Shown: positions 48,562 through 58,526 of the stretch, piece by piece
Numbering within the stretch: position 1 is the first letter of the stretch
Layout: every line of letters begins with the position of its first letter
Source: a virus
Virus record (IMG/VR): IMGVR_UViG_3300032093_000041
Coordinates: 41,679 to 105,678 of that record
DNA length: 64,000 nucleotides
Strand: one strand, 5' to 3'
Made by a program: the position numbers and the translations under genes
Notes under the pieces: generated by a model
The model's input: only the letters and a program-made list of their open reading frames with translations
Database searches by the model: none
What the model was told of the DNA's origin: nothing

Positions 48562-49593
48562 ATGAGTACCAATGGTTCCGATGCGGCGAAGACATCCGCA
48601 ACTGGCACGGCAGACACCGTGAAAATTGCGAGCACAGGTGTCCAAACCCTCGGCTCATATCGTCAAGACAGCCGTGGGCTGACAATGAATGACATCGTCG
48701 TCATGTCTCTCACCCAGCCAGGCTCTGTCATGAAGGCAACTGTTAACCCAGAGCTTGCCCAAGCAATGCTGGAGACCATCAACGGGGAAAACCGTCCATT
48801 GTCCCATGCACGTGTCAAGCAGTATGCAGACGTGCTTACTCGCGGGCAGTATGTGTTCAACGGCGAGTCAATCCAAGTAGGAGTCAAGGCAGACAACACC
48901 TTGGTTCTTTTGAATGGCCAGCACCGTCTGAGTGCATGCGTGGCTGCAGGCATTTCGTTCGAGACAGTCCTTGTTCTGGGTCTTCCGCACAACGTCTTCT
49001 CCACGATTGACCGTGGCAAGACTCGTAGCTACGCCGACGTTCTGTCCGTTGCTGGATACAAGAACACCCACAACATTCAGCCCGCTGCACGTATCCTCGT
49101 AGCAATGGAAGCTGGATTCAGCCCAACCGTTCGCTCCACGCTGAACCTTGTCACAGCAGAAGACATCCTGCGTTTCGTTGACGATAACCATGACTTGCTT
49201 CAGGAAGCGCATTCAGTTTCCAGCCGCATTACTTCTGTTGTTGGTGGCGTCAATAGCGCATGGGTTATCGCCTACTGCGTGATGCTCCAGGAACGTCAGA
49301 AAGCTGGTCACAGCGGTATCGAGGTTGCTCAGTTCTGTCACGCAATCGAGACAGGTGCTGGCCTGTCGTTTGGTAACCCAGCCTTGGCTCTCCGCCAGTG
49401 GTTTGGTCGTGGCGGCTCGAAGCGTAAAGGCCAGTCAGGCAAGAACGTCTTGGAAGCAGCAACCATCATCACAGCATTCAACAAGTGGGTTAATGGCGAC
49501 CAACTCCAGATTGTGCGCCCATGGTCACAGGACTCAACTGAGTTCCCATCAGTAAACACCTCGCCTCTCAGCCCAACAGCGAGCTGGCACTAA
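48562..49593 (+). CDS. ParB-like (DGQHR-type) protein
   Basis: NRPLS..V.QYA..NGESI..LLNGQHRLSA..IDRGKTRS; SD AAGGA. Confidence 0.8.
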   Translation: MSTNGSDAAKTSATGTADTVKIASTGVQTLGSYRQDSRGLTMNDIVVMSLTQPGSVMKATVNPELAQAMLETINGENRPLSHARVKQYADVLTRGQYVFNGESIQVGVKADNTLVLLNGQHRLSACVAAGISFETVLVLGLPHNVFSTIDRGKTRSYADVLSVAGYKNTHNIQPAARILVAMEAGFSPTVRSTLNLVTAEDILRFVDDNHDLLQEAHSVSSRITSVVGGVNSAWVIAYCVMLQERQKAGHSGIEVAQFCHAIETGAGLSFGNPALALRQWFGRGGSKRKGQSGKNVLEAATIITAFNKWVNGDQLQIVRPWSQDSTEFPSVNTSPLSPTASWH

Positions 49594-49700
49594 ATACCCA
49601 TAGCGATAATCGCGTCCAGTGAGGCGCGCTCGCTATAATCGGTTGTACCACCGTCGGGAAAAGTTCGAACTCCCGGCGGTGGACTTCCAGGAAGGAAAAT

Positions 49701-49952
49701 ATGCCTGTCGAATACGGCCACGGCCACAAAGAGTATGTTTCTAGCGACAGCTCTACCGTTACTCAATACACAAAGTGGTTTGTTCTCAACAACTATGAGT
49801 ACGTCATCCATTTTTCTAATAACAAGTTCACAATCCATGCTCATAGTCTCACGACAGGAACAACTACAAAGTGTGAGCCCGGAGACAGCCTTGAACAGGC
49901 TTACCAACACGCATACTCAAAACTGCGCGCTATTAACACCCAGGAGGGGTAA
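49701..49952 (+). CDS. Hypothetical protein
   Basis: SD AAGGA; coupled to the next gene. Confidence 0.55.
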   Translation: MPVEYGHGHKEYVSSDSSTVTQYTKWFVLNNYEYVIHFSNNKFTIHAHSLTTGTTTKCEPGDSLEQAYQHAYSKLRAINTQEG

Positions 49953-50374
49953 TGCAAACATTTGTTCCTTACGCAGACTTTCAGAAGTCAGCAAAGGTTC
50001 TTGACTACCGCCGTCTTGGCAAGCAACGTGTTGAGACTCTTCAGCTCGTCCGTTGCAACCTTGAAGTGTCACTCGGGTGGAAAAACCATCCTGCTGCGAA
50101 GATGTGGGCAGACAATGTCAACGGGTTGATTGCCTATGGAGTCGCTATGTGTGATGCATGGCTTGACCTTGGCTACAAAGACACGTGTCGTGACAAGCTT
50201 CTTTCTTATGGAGAAGCAGACGCTACTGACCTGCCATTCTGGTGGGGAGATGAATCTGTACACAGTTCACACCGCTCTAATCTTCTCCGCAAAGACCCGT
50301 CTTTTTATTCCCAATGGGGGTGGACGGATGACCCAGAAGCACCATACGTCTGGCCAGAAATAGTGTCGGCATGA
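49952..50374 (+). CDS. Pyrimidine-dimer DNA glycosylase-like protein (MSMEG_6728 family)
   Basis: MQTFVPY..LDYRRLGKQRVE..HPA..MW..SHRSNLLRKDP..YVWP. Confidence 0.85.
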   Translation: MQTFVPYADFQKSAKVLDYRRLGKQRVETLQLVRCNLEVSLGWKNHPAAKMWADNVNGLIAYGVAMCDAWLDLGYKDTCRDKLLSYGEADATDLPFWWGDESVHSSHRSNLLRKDPSFYSQWGWTDDPEAPYVWPEIVSA

Positions 50375-51522
50375 CACGCCAACGATTATTCCTTGATATC
50401 AACTGTGTAGATGCAGCGCGAGAGCGTATGCGCCATGTGTACGACACGTTTGACACTGTATGCGTCCAGTTCTCCGGCGGGAAAGACAGCACGGCTGTGC
50501 TGTACCTCGCCAAGGAGATACACGAAGAGCGTGGTCTTGGGCCCGTGAAAGTTATCTTTCGCGACGAAGAGATGGTCTCTCCTGCTGTAGTGAAGTTTAT
50601 TGAAGAAGTACGCAACTACGACTGGGTTGACATGGAGTGGTATTGCTTGCCATCAGGTCAAGAGGTGTGGGTTCTTGGACGCCGAGAGTACTGCTTGCTT
50701 TGGTCTCCATACCGCGAATCGCAAGGGCGATTGGTCCGCGAGATGCCACCTTGGGCAATCACAGCAGAACATTTTGGCCTAGACCGCAAAGAAGTGCTGC
50801 CACAGTCAATCGACTACTACACAATGCAGGGCAAGAAGGGTCGAGTCGCGTTCATCACGGGTGTTCGTGCAAATGAATCAATGATTCGCTATCGCTCGTG
50901 CGTGCAAAAGCTCCACGAGAACTACATCGTGACGCCCTACAAGATGAAGAAAAACATACCTCTTCGGTTTGCTAAAGTTATATATGACTGGACAACCGAT
51001 GATGTGCTTAAATTCATTACTGAGGAGCACGGTGCGTCGTACTGTGAGTACTATGACCTCGCTGCACTTACAGGGTCTAATACCCGGGTTGGTATACCTC
51101 TCCATGCTGTGGCAATTCGAAGACTCAATGATGTCTGCCGTACGGAGCCAGATTTCTATGACCGACTCTATGAATGCTTCCCCCACATCGACGCCCAACG
51201 GCGACTCTGGGCAGACTACGACCTAGATGCCAGAATCATGCAGTACGCATCTGGTGGTTGGGAAGGTGTTCGTCGTTGCATTGAGGAGAACGTAGTTACT
51301 CCTGGCCTCCGCAACAGAGCCATGGCTTACTGTTCAGAGTTCCGCAAGAAACACAACAAGGACCCGCGCTCTTACCCGTTGCATTGGTTAGTACGCAACC
51401 TTCTCATCCATGAGTTCAACATCAGTTCTGTGACCCCTATTGGGCCGGGCACTCGTGCGTACACAATTCAGGCACAAATAGACGAGTCACTTGACCGATT
51501 TGATGAGATTGTTGATAGCTGA
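50371..51522 (+). CDS. PAPS-reductase-family (YbdN/IbrA-like) protein
   Basis: FSGGKDS PP-loop; GVRANES..R; IYDWTTDDV. Confidence 0.85.
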   Translation: MTRQRLFLDINCVDAARERMRHVYDTFDTVCVQFSGGKDSTAVLYLAKEIHEERGLGPVKVIFRDEEMVSPAVVKFIEEVRNYDWVDMEWYCLPSGQEVWVLGRREYCLLWSPYRESQGRLVREMPPWAITAEHFGLDRKEVLPQSIDYYTMQGKKGRVAFITGVRANESMIRYRSCVQKLHENYIVTPYKMKKNIPLRFAKVIYDWTTDDVLKFITEEHGASYCEYYDLAALTGSNTRVGIPLHAVAIRRLNDVCRTEPDFYDRLYECFPHIDAQRRLWADYDLDARIMQYASGGWEGVRRCIEENVVTPGLRNRAMAYCSEFRKKHNKDPRSYPLHWLVRNLLIHEFNISSVTPIGPGTRAYTIQAQIDESLDRFDEIVDS

Positions 51523-51927
51523 AGGTCCGAGAAAAACCATCGCCTGAGAGACGCTTAGTGACCCGTTATCGCTTTCGGTAACAATCAACTCAACATCCGC
51601 CACAGTAACCCCAAGTGCTGCCGCCAAAGAAGCCCTGGTTCGTCCAATGTCTTGCTCGTATGATGCGATTTCTGTAGCAAGTTCATCGTGTATGTCAGCA
51701 ACGTCCACAAAGACGGTTGGCTTTACAGCGAGCTGAGTTAGGGTTTCTTGAGCTATTTGCGCCTTGACGCACCCGGTGCATGAGATAGCGCTCGTGGACG
51801 CATGTCGCTTACGTATCTCCGTGTGTCCACATTCGAGTCTATGGAGATACTCAACGTTTCCCCAGCTTCCGGTCTTTATGATGTCAACGACATTACGCTG
51901 TGGCGCGCTCTTCTTATTAATCTTCAT
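51487..51927 (-). CDS. Hypothetical Zn-binding protein
   Basis: LECGH..CTGC. Confidence 0.6.
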   Translation of the reverse strand: MKINKKSAPQRNVVDIIKTGSWGNVEYLHRLECGHTEIRKRHASTSAISCTGCVKAQIAQETLTQLAVKPTVFVDVADIHDELATEIASYEQDIGRTRASLAAALGVTVADVELIVTESDNGSLSVSQAMVFLGPSAINNLIKSVK

Positions 51928-52087
51928 CGTCGTCAAACATATCAACGATTATGCGTGAGAATTCAAGAAACGCTGGGGTAATCCTAAAGAGAGGCTCACC
52001 GTCATCATTGTCTCCCAAATATTCAACAAGCCCGTTTTCAAGCATGAAAAAGATTTGCCACTCGGTTTCCCACTCGGCGTCATCCAT
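51917..52087 (-). CDS. Small acidic protein (56 aa, below the ORF-track cutoff)
   Basis: MDDAEWETEWQIFFMLENGLVEYLGDNDDGEPLFRIT...; fills the gap and overlaps both neighbours. Confidence 0.6.
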   Translation of the reverse strand: MDDAEWETEWQIFFMLENGLVEYLGDNDDGEPLFRITPAFLEFSRIIVDMFDDDED

Positions 52088-54035
52088 CCACTCCATTCAT
52101 CTTGCTCCGGCGCAGGCCTTCGGCAAGGAAATCGAGCACAAGCTGTTGGTTTCCATCACTAAATTCTACATCGCTACCTTCGGTTGCTTGATTCACAACG
52201 TCGCGCTTTGATTCGATAAGACCATAAATCTTTTCGTCGATAGTTCCCTCGGCAAGAATGTATGTGGACATCACTGAGCCTTTCTGCCCAAGGCGATGGC
52301 ACCGACTGTAGGTCTGGTCAACATCAGCAGGTGTCCATGGCATTTCTACAAAGACAACATCCTGTGCTGCCGTGAGTGTGTGACCTGTCTTGGCAGCCTG
52401 AATCGAGAGCACCATCACGGGTGCTTCGTCAATGGATTCAGCTTGGAAGATGCGCTTGTTCTCTTCGACTTCTTCTACCTTCATGCCACCCTGAATTTTC
52501 AAGCCCCCATACTTCTTTGCAATGAGGTCGACAATTTCGCGGTGATGTGCAGCGACAACAACCTTGTCGCCACCGGCCAGCTTGCCATCAATCCACTCAA
52601 AGACTGTATCCATCTTCGCTTTTGCGGCTAGTCGGCGCAGAACAGAAATGCGAACTAGGTGTTCGTTTGACTCTGCTTTGATGCGGGCTACGACAGCAGC
52701 GGAATATGGAGACTTGCCGAGTTCTTTAGCCAACTCTTTAGCGCGATTGGCCATGTATTCAATAATGTCATCTTCGGCTTTGGTGTACTCGGCCATGGCT
52801 GTCGGGTTGGGCGCAACGACAATCTTTGAGTGGCGAACTGGCGGCAGCTCTTCGAGAACATCGGCTTTAATACGACGGATGTAGCACTGACTACGCAGCA
52901 TGTCGTTGAGTTCATCAAGGTGAGACGAGCCGTCGATGTGCCACTGCCCGAATCTGTCACGGAAAGCCGCACAGTATCGTCGGTAGAAACCCCATAGGCC
53001 ACCGAATTTGTTTAGGTTACCTAAGATGTCAAGCTGAGCCGCGTATTCGGCTGGTCGGTTTGTGATTGGCGTGCCGGTTAGACACAGAACTATTCCTTCT
53101 TTGGGAGCGGAACGCGCCATCTTTATGGCCGCCTTGGTACGTTTTGCTGTTGGCGTCTTTGCGTAGTGGCTCTCGTCATACACATATGACCGATGGCCCT
53201 TAAGATGGTTTTGCCAGTGGTCAATATTGCTATACCCCACAACGACAACATCATAAGTGCCCGGCTCCGGCAGGTCCTTGCGGTTTGTTACCGTTGCAAC
53301 CCGTCTGTGTGGGAGCCACTTCTCGTACTCCTTAGCCCAGTTGAGCACCAGTGTCGGAGGACATACAACTACGGCTGGGTAGGAATCGTGAACGTATTCA
53401 AGAGTAGCGATGGCCTGCATGGTTTTTCCAAGCCCCATGTCGTCTGCGATAAAACAACGACGCGCATTGGCGGCATACTTAACTCCGGCTCGCTGGTACG
53501 GCAGAAGGTTGCCCTGCAGTCCTGGTATTTCGATTTCCGCATCTTTTGCTCGTGACGCCGCAATGGTTTCGTTTTTGCTCCGCTCCATAACCCCAGCAAT
53601 AGCTCGAACACGTTCGGCTATGGGTTCATCGAACTTCTCTGCCCATGCGATGGCGTCGTGGATGGCAGCAAGCGGTACACGCCACGCTTTGGTTGGTGGG
53701 TGCCATGTTACTGATGGCAACGATTTAACCGACCGAACCTTTACCGGGTCGTAATTGAAACTTAGGTACACCCAATCATCGTCGACATAAACACCCTGAG
53801 CCTTGTTGGTTGACTCCGGCAGGTTGAACTTGAGAACTTCGTTATCGATTTTGAACCGATGTAGTTCGGCAAACACCCTGGCTTCATGAAGACTGGTCAT
53901 CGGTATGCGCCATACTTTGGCGACCTTGTCCCACTTTGCCCCCGGCACAGCTTTCACCTGCGCTACTTGCTCAGCGTTATAAGGGAAGGACGCCGCTAGG
54001 TGGTCGTCCCATAAAAAGAGAGTGCTATCATCCAT
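52080..54035 (-). CDS. SNF2 helicase with two HARP-like domains (SMARCAL1-like)
   Basis: Twin SF.Y..V..VK..P...W....K.W..P repeats; DDMGLGKT, DESH, LTGTP, RCHRLGQ. Confidence 0.9.
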   Translation of the reverse strand: MDDSTLFLWDDHLAASFPYNAEQVAQVKAVPGAKWDKVAKVWRIPMTSLHEARVFAELHRFKIDNEVLKFNLPESTNKAQGVYVDDDWVYLSFNYDPVKVRSVKSLPSVTWHPPTKAWRVPLAAIHDAIAWAEKFDEPIAERVRAIAGVMERSKNETIAASRAKDAEIEIPGLQGNLLPYQRAGVKYAANARRCFIADDMGLGKTMQAIATLEYVHDSYPAVVVCPPTLVLNWAKEYEKWLPHRRVATVTNRKDLPEPGTYDVVVVGYSNIDHWQNHLKGHRSYVYDESHYAKTPTAKRTKAAIKMARSAPKEGIVLCLTGTPITNRPAEYAAQLDILGNLNKFGGLWGFYRRYCAAFRDRFGQWHIDGSSHLDELNDMLRSQCYIRRIKADVLEELPPVRHSKIVVAPNPTAMAEYTKAEDDIIEYMANRAKELAKELGKSPYSAAVVARIKAESNEHLVRISVLRRLAAKAKMDTVFEWIDGKLAGGDKVVVAAHHREIVDLIAKKYGGLKIQGGMKVEEVEENKRIFQAESIDEAPVMVLSIQAAKTGHTLTAAQDVVFVEMPWTPADVDQTYSRCHRLGQKGSVMSTYILAEGTIDEKIYGLIESKRDVVNQATEGSDVEFSDGNQQLVLDFLAEGLRRSKMNGVDG

Positions 54036-54073
54036 TGCGATATCAATTCTAATCCGCTAAGGAATAAAAAACA

Positions 54074-54391
54074 ATGAGCGAAGAGCGTTTTTATGACCCT
54101 GAAGACGTAGCACGGTCTTGGACCGAACTGCACGTGGCTCTTAATGCTGGCTACAAAAATGACCCGCATACAATTGAGTACCTCGAACTACTCCAGGCGG
54201 TCAGATGGATGATGCCACGCCTCATGGCTTACATGTCAGAAGACATATGGTGTGCCGGGTGGCTGGAAAACTTGCACGAGGCTCTCTCCAAGCAGTTCCC
54301 CGCCATCGACGTTGCCGCAAAGCATTTAGGAAGTGTCTGTACCTACTGGGATGGCAACGACGACAACGAAGGCGAGTGGAGAAAGTATTAA
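54074..54391 (+). CDS. Hypothetical protein
   Basis: SD AAGGA; SEDIWCAGW motif. Confidence 0.65.
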   Translation: MSEERFYDPEDVARSWTELHVALNAGYKNDPHTIEYLELLQAVRWMMPRLMAYMSEDIWCAGWLENLHEALSKQFPAIDVAAKHLGSVCTYWDGNDDNEGEWRKY

Positions 54392-54732
54392 TCCTCGTCG
54401 GCAATGCGGTTACGCGCTTTAGCGTTTCGTCTCGAGATGCGCAGGTTGGCGTCTAGCCCCTTTGATGTTATTTGGTAGCTACCTGGCGATGTCTCGATTA
54501 AATACCCCAGACCAACAAGCTTCTTGATGGCTGACTGGAATGACTCTTTGCGCGGCAGGTTTCCCATCCTGAACTCGCAGTAACTATCATGTGTGAAATA
54601 TCCGGGTGGACGGACTCGCACGGTAAAAGCTGCGTAGCTCAAAATGGTTTCGGCCCAGGAATTTCTTTGGATGACCTTATAAGGCACTCCATAATCCGGG
54701 TGGCGGTCCGACCAGAGTTTCTGTGTTGGCAT
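54388..54732 (-). CDS. Winged-helix-like protein
   Basis: AIKKLVGLGYL..YQITSKG. Confidence 0.6.
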   Translation of the reverse strand: MPTQKLWSDRHPDYGVPYKVIQRNSWAETILSYAAFTVRVRPPGYFTHDSYCEFRMGNLPRKESFQSAIKKLVGLGYLIETSPGSYQITSKGLDANLRISRRNAKARNRIADED

Positions 54733-54953
54733 ATGTAGATTCTACGGCGACAACACAAAATAACAACTCCGGGGCTTCAAACAAGGCTCTTGTTTGGAGC
54801 CGGGACTGCGAAGCAGAAAAAACACCCAAGCAGGTTGCTGAGTTCGGGCAAAACAAAAGGGGCGCACCGAATAACGATGCGCCCCCGTGTTCGGGTATTT
54901 ATCCAACCGACAATAAAGCAAAAACTGTCAAAGCAACCACAACGGCAACCATC

Positions 54954-55151
54954 TCACCCCCCTATCTCTGTTGTTGGGTCAAAATAAGGGTCGGGTACTG
55001 TCGTATCCCACGGGCAGGGATAGTGAAAGTACTCGCACTCAGGTATTTCCGTCTCATCTATGCTTGCGAGTTTGGAACAACCAAAAACAGCAAGAGTAAG
55101 AGTGAGCATTAGTAAACCCCAGCGCACGCACGAGCGTACGAAGTAGTACAT
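54954..55151 (-). CDS. Small membrane protein, paralogue of 58733-58936
   Basis: TM segment + PECEYFHYPC..DPY; SD AAGGA; own promoter. Confidence 0.7.
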   Translation of the reverse strand: MYYFVRSCVRWGLLMLTLTLAVFGCSKLASIDETEIPECEYFHYPCPWDTTVPDPYFDPTTEIGG

Positions 55152-55187
55152 AGCATTTCCTTTCGCTAGGCACTCCACCCACCCTGT

Positions 55188-55216
55188 ACCTTACAAGCAA
55201 CAAGGCACGATGTCAA
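55188..55216 (-). promoter_or_regulatory. sigma70-type promoter
   Basis: TTGACA-17-TAAGGT. Confidence 0.7.
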
Positions 55217-55821
55217 GTCTTTCCGAAAAGAAAGTTGCGAAGCCTTCCGAAGTTCCAAGCCGAGCCAGCAACAAGCCGAAGCCGAAGAACAACTCCGTCG
55301 TCCAGAAGACTGACAGTCCCGTGCAGCTCTTCGAGCTTTACGGGGCTAACGCGGGCGGAAGAAGGGGGTGTGGCAAAGTTTGCCAACATAACACGAAAAA
55401 CTCAAAAGTCAAGTTCGTGAAGTCGCCAAAATAAAGGATTTCGGGTTTTTCAGTTTCTAAAAAAATAAGAAAACCGAAAAACTGCCCGAAAGCCGATGCC
55501 ATCTGAGGTCTGCCGCCCGTGCAACTCCCCGTGCGGCTGGCGCTCGAGAGCCCCGCGACTACCCGCAATAAACTGACGGTGGCGGAAGACGGGCTGAGAT
55601 GTTCCAACTTTGAGCAACGCTAGACATCTAGAAAGGCTCAGGTTGGAAGCAGGGTATTTAGGGACACCATCAAGCCGCAAGTCGCCGAGACGGGCAGAGA
55701 GACGGCGATGCGAGGCGATTACGGGCAGCACAAAGCCGCCCCACGACTAAGCAGGGCGGCAAGTGGATTATCTACTAGACAGCAAGCAGCAAGAAAACAG
55801 CAACCGTCAAAATGACAGCGG

Positions 55822-56106
55822 TCACTCTACAATCTCATCGCTAGCGATACCCAAAGCAGCAAGGGTCGGGTGGTTGCGATGCTGATTACCTTCTGCATCA
55901 ACCCACACAACGACATCACGGCGAGGTGGCTCTGTCCCACACGGATACTTGGCAGCCTTGTGCCAACCTTTACAGGCGCAGCGGTCACATACCGATTCCC
56001 ACGATTCGGGGTCTTGCCACCATAGGTGAGTGTTGTAGTTGGCTAACATTTCATCAACCGTTCCGATAAAAGGTATCGGTTCGTTGATAGTGGTGATTAT
56101 TTGCAT
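55822..56106 (-). CDS. Hypothetical cassette gene (leaderless)
   Basis: ATG 7 nt after the -10 box; CDRCAC..YPCG. Confidence 0.7.
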   Translation of the reverse strand: MQIITTINEPIPFIGTVDEMLANYNTHLWWQDPESWESVCDRCACKGWHKAAKYPCGTEPPRRDVVVWVDAEGNQHRNHPTLAALGIASDEIVE

Positions 56107-56113
56107 ACGGGCG

Positions 56114-56157
56114 AGTGTACTGAACAGCACAAGGAGTGTCAAGTGTTGTTTGTCACA
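56114..56157 (-). promoter_or_regulatory. Promoter with TGTGAC box
   Basis: TGTGACAAACAACAC-TTGACA-17-TACACT. Confidence 0.8.
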
Positions 56158-56280
56158 GGCACGAGTTGGAGTCGCCGAAGTTCACGGTTTGTCTGGCGAA
56201 CCAGACACGAGCATCTGGTAAATCAGCGGGGCTCACGACCTTCGTGATGGCACTTTTACGACGGTGGCGGAAGACGGGGA

Positions 56281-56317
56281 AAAGAAAAACCCGCCCCCTT
56301 TCAGGGACGGGCGGTTC
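56281..56317 (-). terminator. Intrinsic terminator
   Basis: CCGCCC/GGGCGG stem with an A-run to the left. Confidence 0.65.
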
Positions 56318-56370
56318 TTAGTTCACGGCGGAGAACAACAAAAAAAGAGTAAACGCCGTAATGGCGATGC

Positions 56371-56538
56371 TCATTCAGTGGCTTCTTTCACTTCGTAGTT
56401 CATTTCTTGCCACGAAAGACTTTCATCTTCAGTGTTTGCAAGGCTTGTGATGTACGAATCTATTATTTCTTTTGCTTTTTCTTCGTTATCTGCATCAAAC
56501 TCATCTATGTTGAGCGTGATGTTGGCATAAAACTTCAT
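56371..56538 (-). CDS. Small acidic cassette gene
   Basis: MKFYANITLNIDEFDA..; purine-rich SD; own promoter. Confidence 0.65.
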   Translation of the reverse strand: MKFYANITLNIDEFDADNEEKAKEIIDSYITSLANTEDESLSWQEMNYEVKEATE

Positions 56539-56558
56539 TTCCCCCCCTTCTTGCCTAC

Positions 56559-56603
56559 AGGCTACAGGTGTCAAGCGCAAATGTCAAAGTGTCGTTTGTC
56601 ACA
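56559..56603 (-). promoter_or_regulatory. Promoter with TGTGAC box
   Basis: TGTGACAAACGACACT-TTGACA-17-TAGCCT. Confidence 0.8.
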
Positions 56604-57003
56604 GCCGAGCCTCAGGTCAGTCCGAGTTGCGCTGCGCCAGTCCGACTTCCGGGCCGCCGGGCCGTCCAGGGCCAGAAACCACGGAACAGTCCCGTTTCCC
56701 CGCACTGGGTAAACGGGGCTACCGCGGGGAAAACCCATCGCACGTACGACGGGTGAGCGACGGGGGCTTGCGCCAAGCAAAAAACTCCAAAGAACTTGAC
56801 TTTCGCTTCGTTTTTGCCACTTTCCGTGAACTTTTTGACTTTCCGACCACGCAGAGTGAGCGTTTTCCAAAAAACAAAAGAAAACAAAGTTGATAATCCG
56901 ATGTCGTACGTCGTGAGGAACTCAGATGCTGGACATCAACTGGGTTAGCAGCGGGGCTGATGACCCAGTCTCATTTACATTGACGGTGGTGGAAGACGGG
57001 CAC

Positions 57004-57035
57004 AAAAAAACCCGCCACATTTCTGTGACGGGCTT
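57004..57035 (-). terminator. Intrinsic terminator
   Basis: A7 + CCCGCCACA/TGTGACGGG stem. Confidence 0.7.
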
Positions 57036-57086
57036 TCGTTCAGATTGCCAACAATAAAAGAACTGCCAGCGCAACTATCAACGCTG

Positions 57087-57299
57087 TCATTCTTCTTGTT
57101 GTTCTTCTTTCTTTGGACATTCGCCTTGCTTGTGGAAGCAACCTTTTCCATTGAGCCAAATACACTCAACGCCTTCACCAATGATGGTTCCGCACCTACC
57201 ACACTTTGTGTGACTAAATGCTTTTACTATCTTTCCTTGGGATTTAGCAAATCGTTTTGACTTTTGGACTTTGGTTTCTTCCGGATAGAACTCCGGCAT
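57087..57299 (-). CDS. Small Zn-ribbon cassette gene
   Basis: SD TAAGGAGG; KCGRCG..H..C. Confidence 0.7.
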   Translation of the reverse strand: MPEFYPEETKVQKSKRFAKSQGKIVKAFSHTKCGRCGTIIGEGVECIWLNGKGCFHKQGECPKKEEQQEE

Positions 57300-57321
57300 A
57301 AACCCCTCCTTAGGTAATAGC

Positions 57322-57366
57322 AAACTACACCCTGTACGCCACAGTCGCAACGTGTCGTGTGTCACA
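57322..57366 (-). promoter_or_regulatory. Promoter with TGTGAC box
   Basis: TGTGACACACGACACG-TTGCGA-17-TAGTTT. Confidence 0.7.
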
Positions 57367-57841
57367 CCGAGACGAGCACGAGTTTGGCTTGACCGAGCAA
57401 GAGCGATGGACAACCTGAGCAACTCCGTCTGGCGATGCCATCTGGGCAGAAGTCCCGGACGGCCGTGCGGCCGCATCGGGGCTGCCAGGGACATCTGGCC
57501 AGAAAGCCGGAAGTTGGCCCTCTTCGCTTGCTTTTTCTCGAACTAAAAAGTAAAGTCGAGCAAAAATGACCACTCTCCGTGAGTTTTGACAAACTTTGAC
57601 CACGCAGCGTGACTTTTTCAAAAAACAAACGCAGAAAATCCTCGAGCTGAGCGTGCCCGTCGAGCTGAGCTGAGCTTGATGGGGGCGGGGTAGCGGGGCT
57701 CTCGCCCCCATCTCACTTACTTTGACGGTGGCGGAAGACGGCGCACCACGGGCAAGGGTCAAGGTCACAGGCACACGGGCAAAGCAAAGCCCGCCGTGCG
57801 GGGGGCACACGGCGGGCTTGCTCGGTTGTTTTGGTTGTTGG

Positions 57842-58204
57842 TTACTTCCAGCAGGAAGCGGAATAGACGACTTCGCTCAAGTTGTCACAATAGACATCTG
57901 AAACTTGCGACTCCACAACGATTGAACCCTTCAGTTCTCCACGGGTCACAAGGCGCACACGGCGCACTGTGTAGGTATCCCACGGGTCTAGCACGACTTC
58001 CACCGCGCGAGATTCTCCGCAGAGCATCAACACGCCGACAGTCTCCATGCCTGAATCGTAAACCTTCGCCCACTTGCCACCGCACACAGCGAGAAAGTTC
58101 ATCTTGCCCACTTGGGCTAAGACTTCGCCCGTATCGCACGGGCGACCTTCACGGTCTGAGCAGAGTAACGCCATAAGCGATAGGTCTGTTTTGGTTGCTT
58201 TCAT
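57842..58204 (-). CDS. Hypothetical cassette gene
   Basis: LAQVG..AVCGG..DTYTV..DVYCDNL; hairpin at 57789-57819 downstream. Confidence 0.75.
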   Translation of the reverse strand: MKATKTDLSLMALLCSDREGRPCDTGEVLAQVGKMNFLAVCGGKWAKVYDSGMETVGVLMLCGESRAVEVVLDPWDTYTVRRVRLVTRGELKGSIVVESQVSDVYCDNLSEVVYSASCWK

Positions 58205-58225
58205 AATCACCCCCTTACACCTGAC

Positions 58226-58269
58226 AGGGTACAGGCAACACAGCACTAACACAAGTGGCGTTTGTCACA
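58226..58269 (-). promoter_or_regulatory. Promoter with TGTGAC box
   Basis: TGTGACAAACGCCAC-TTGTGT-17-TACCCT. Confidence 0.7.
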
Positions 58270-58475
58270 CGACAGGCGAGGCAGTCCGAGCCAACCCCGA
58301 CAGCCGAGCCGAGAAACTCCCACGGGCGCACGGGCGCAGGCGCACGAGTGCGGGCGGAAGTCCCGGACGGCCGCAGCGGCCCATCGGGGCTCCCAGAGAG
58401 ATTTGACGGTGGTGGAAGAACTCATCGTGATGTGTCCCCGTCTTGACGACCTCACCCTTGCTTGTCTCTCAACGA

Positions 58476-58519
58476 TGTGACAACTGCCACTTGTCATGTG
58501 TGCTTGACACCTGTACCAT
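58476..58519 (+). promoter_or_regulatory. Promoter with TGTGAC box
   Basis: TGTGACAACTGCCAC-TTGTCA-17-TACCAT; ATG 7 nt later. Confidence 0.8.
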
Positions 58520-58526
58520 TCACCCC

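Noticed and set aside
49655-49685. tRNA (contains GTTCGAA)
   Set aside because: Simple long hairpin with no D or anticodon arms.
48562-51522. Complete Dnd phosphorothioation system
   Set aside because: No dndA/D/E-like genes in the window; the PAPS-reductase protein looks closer to YbdN/IbrA.
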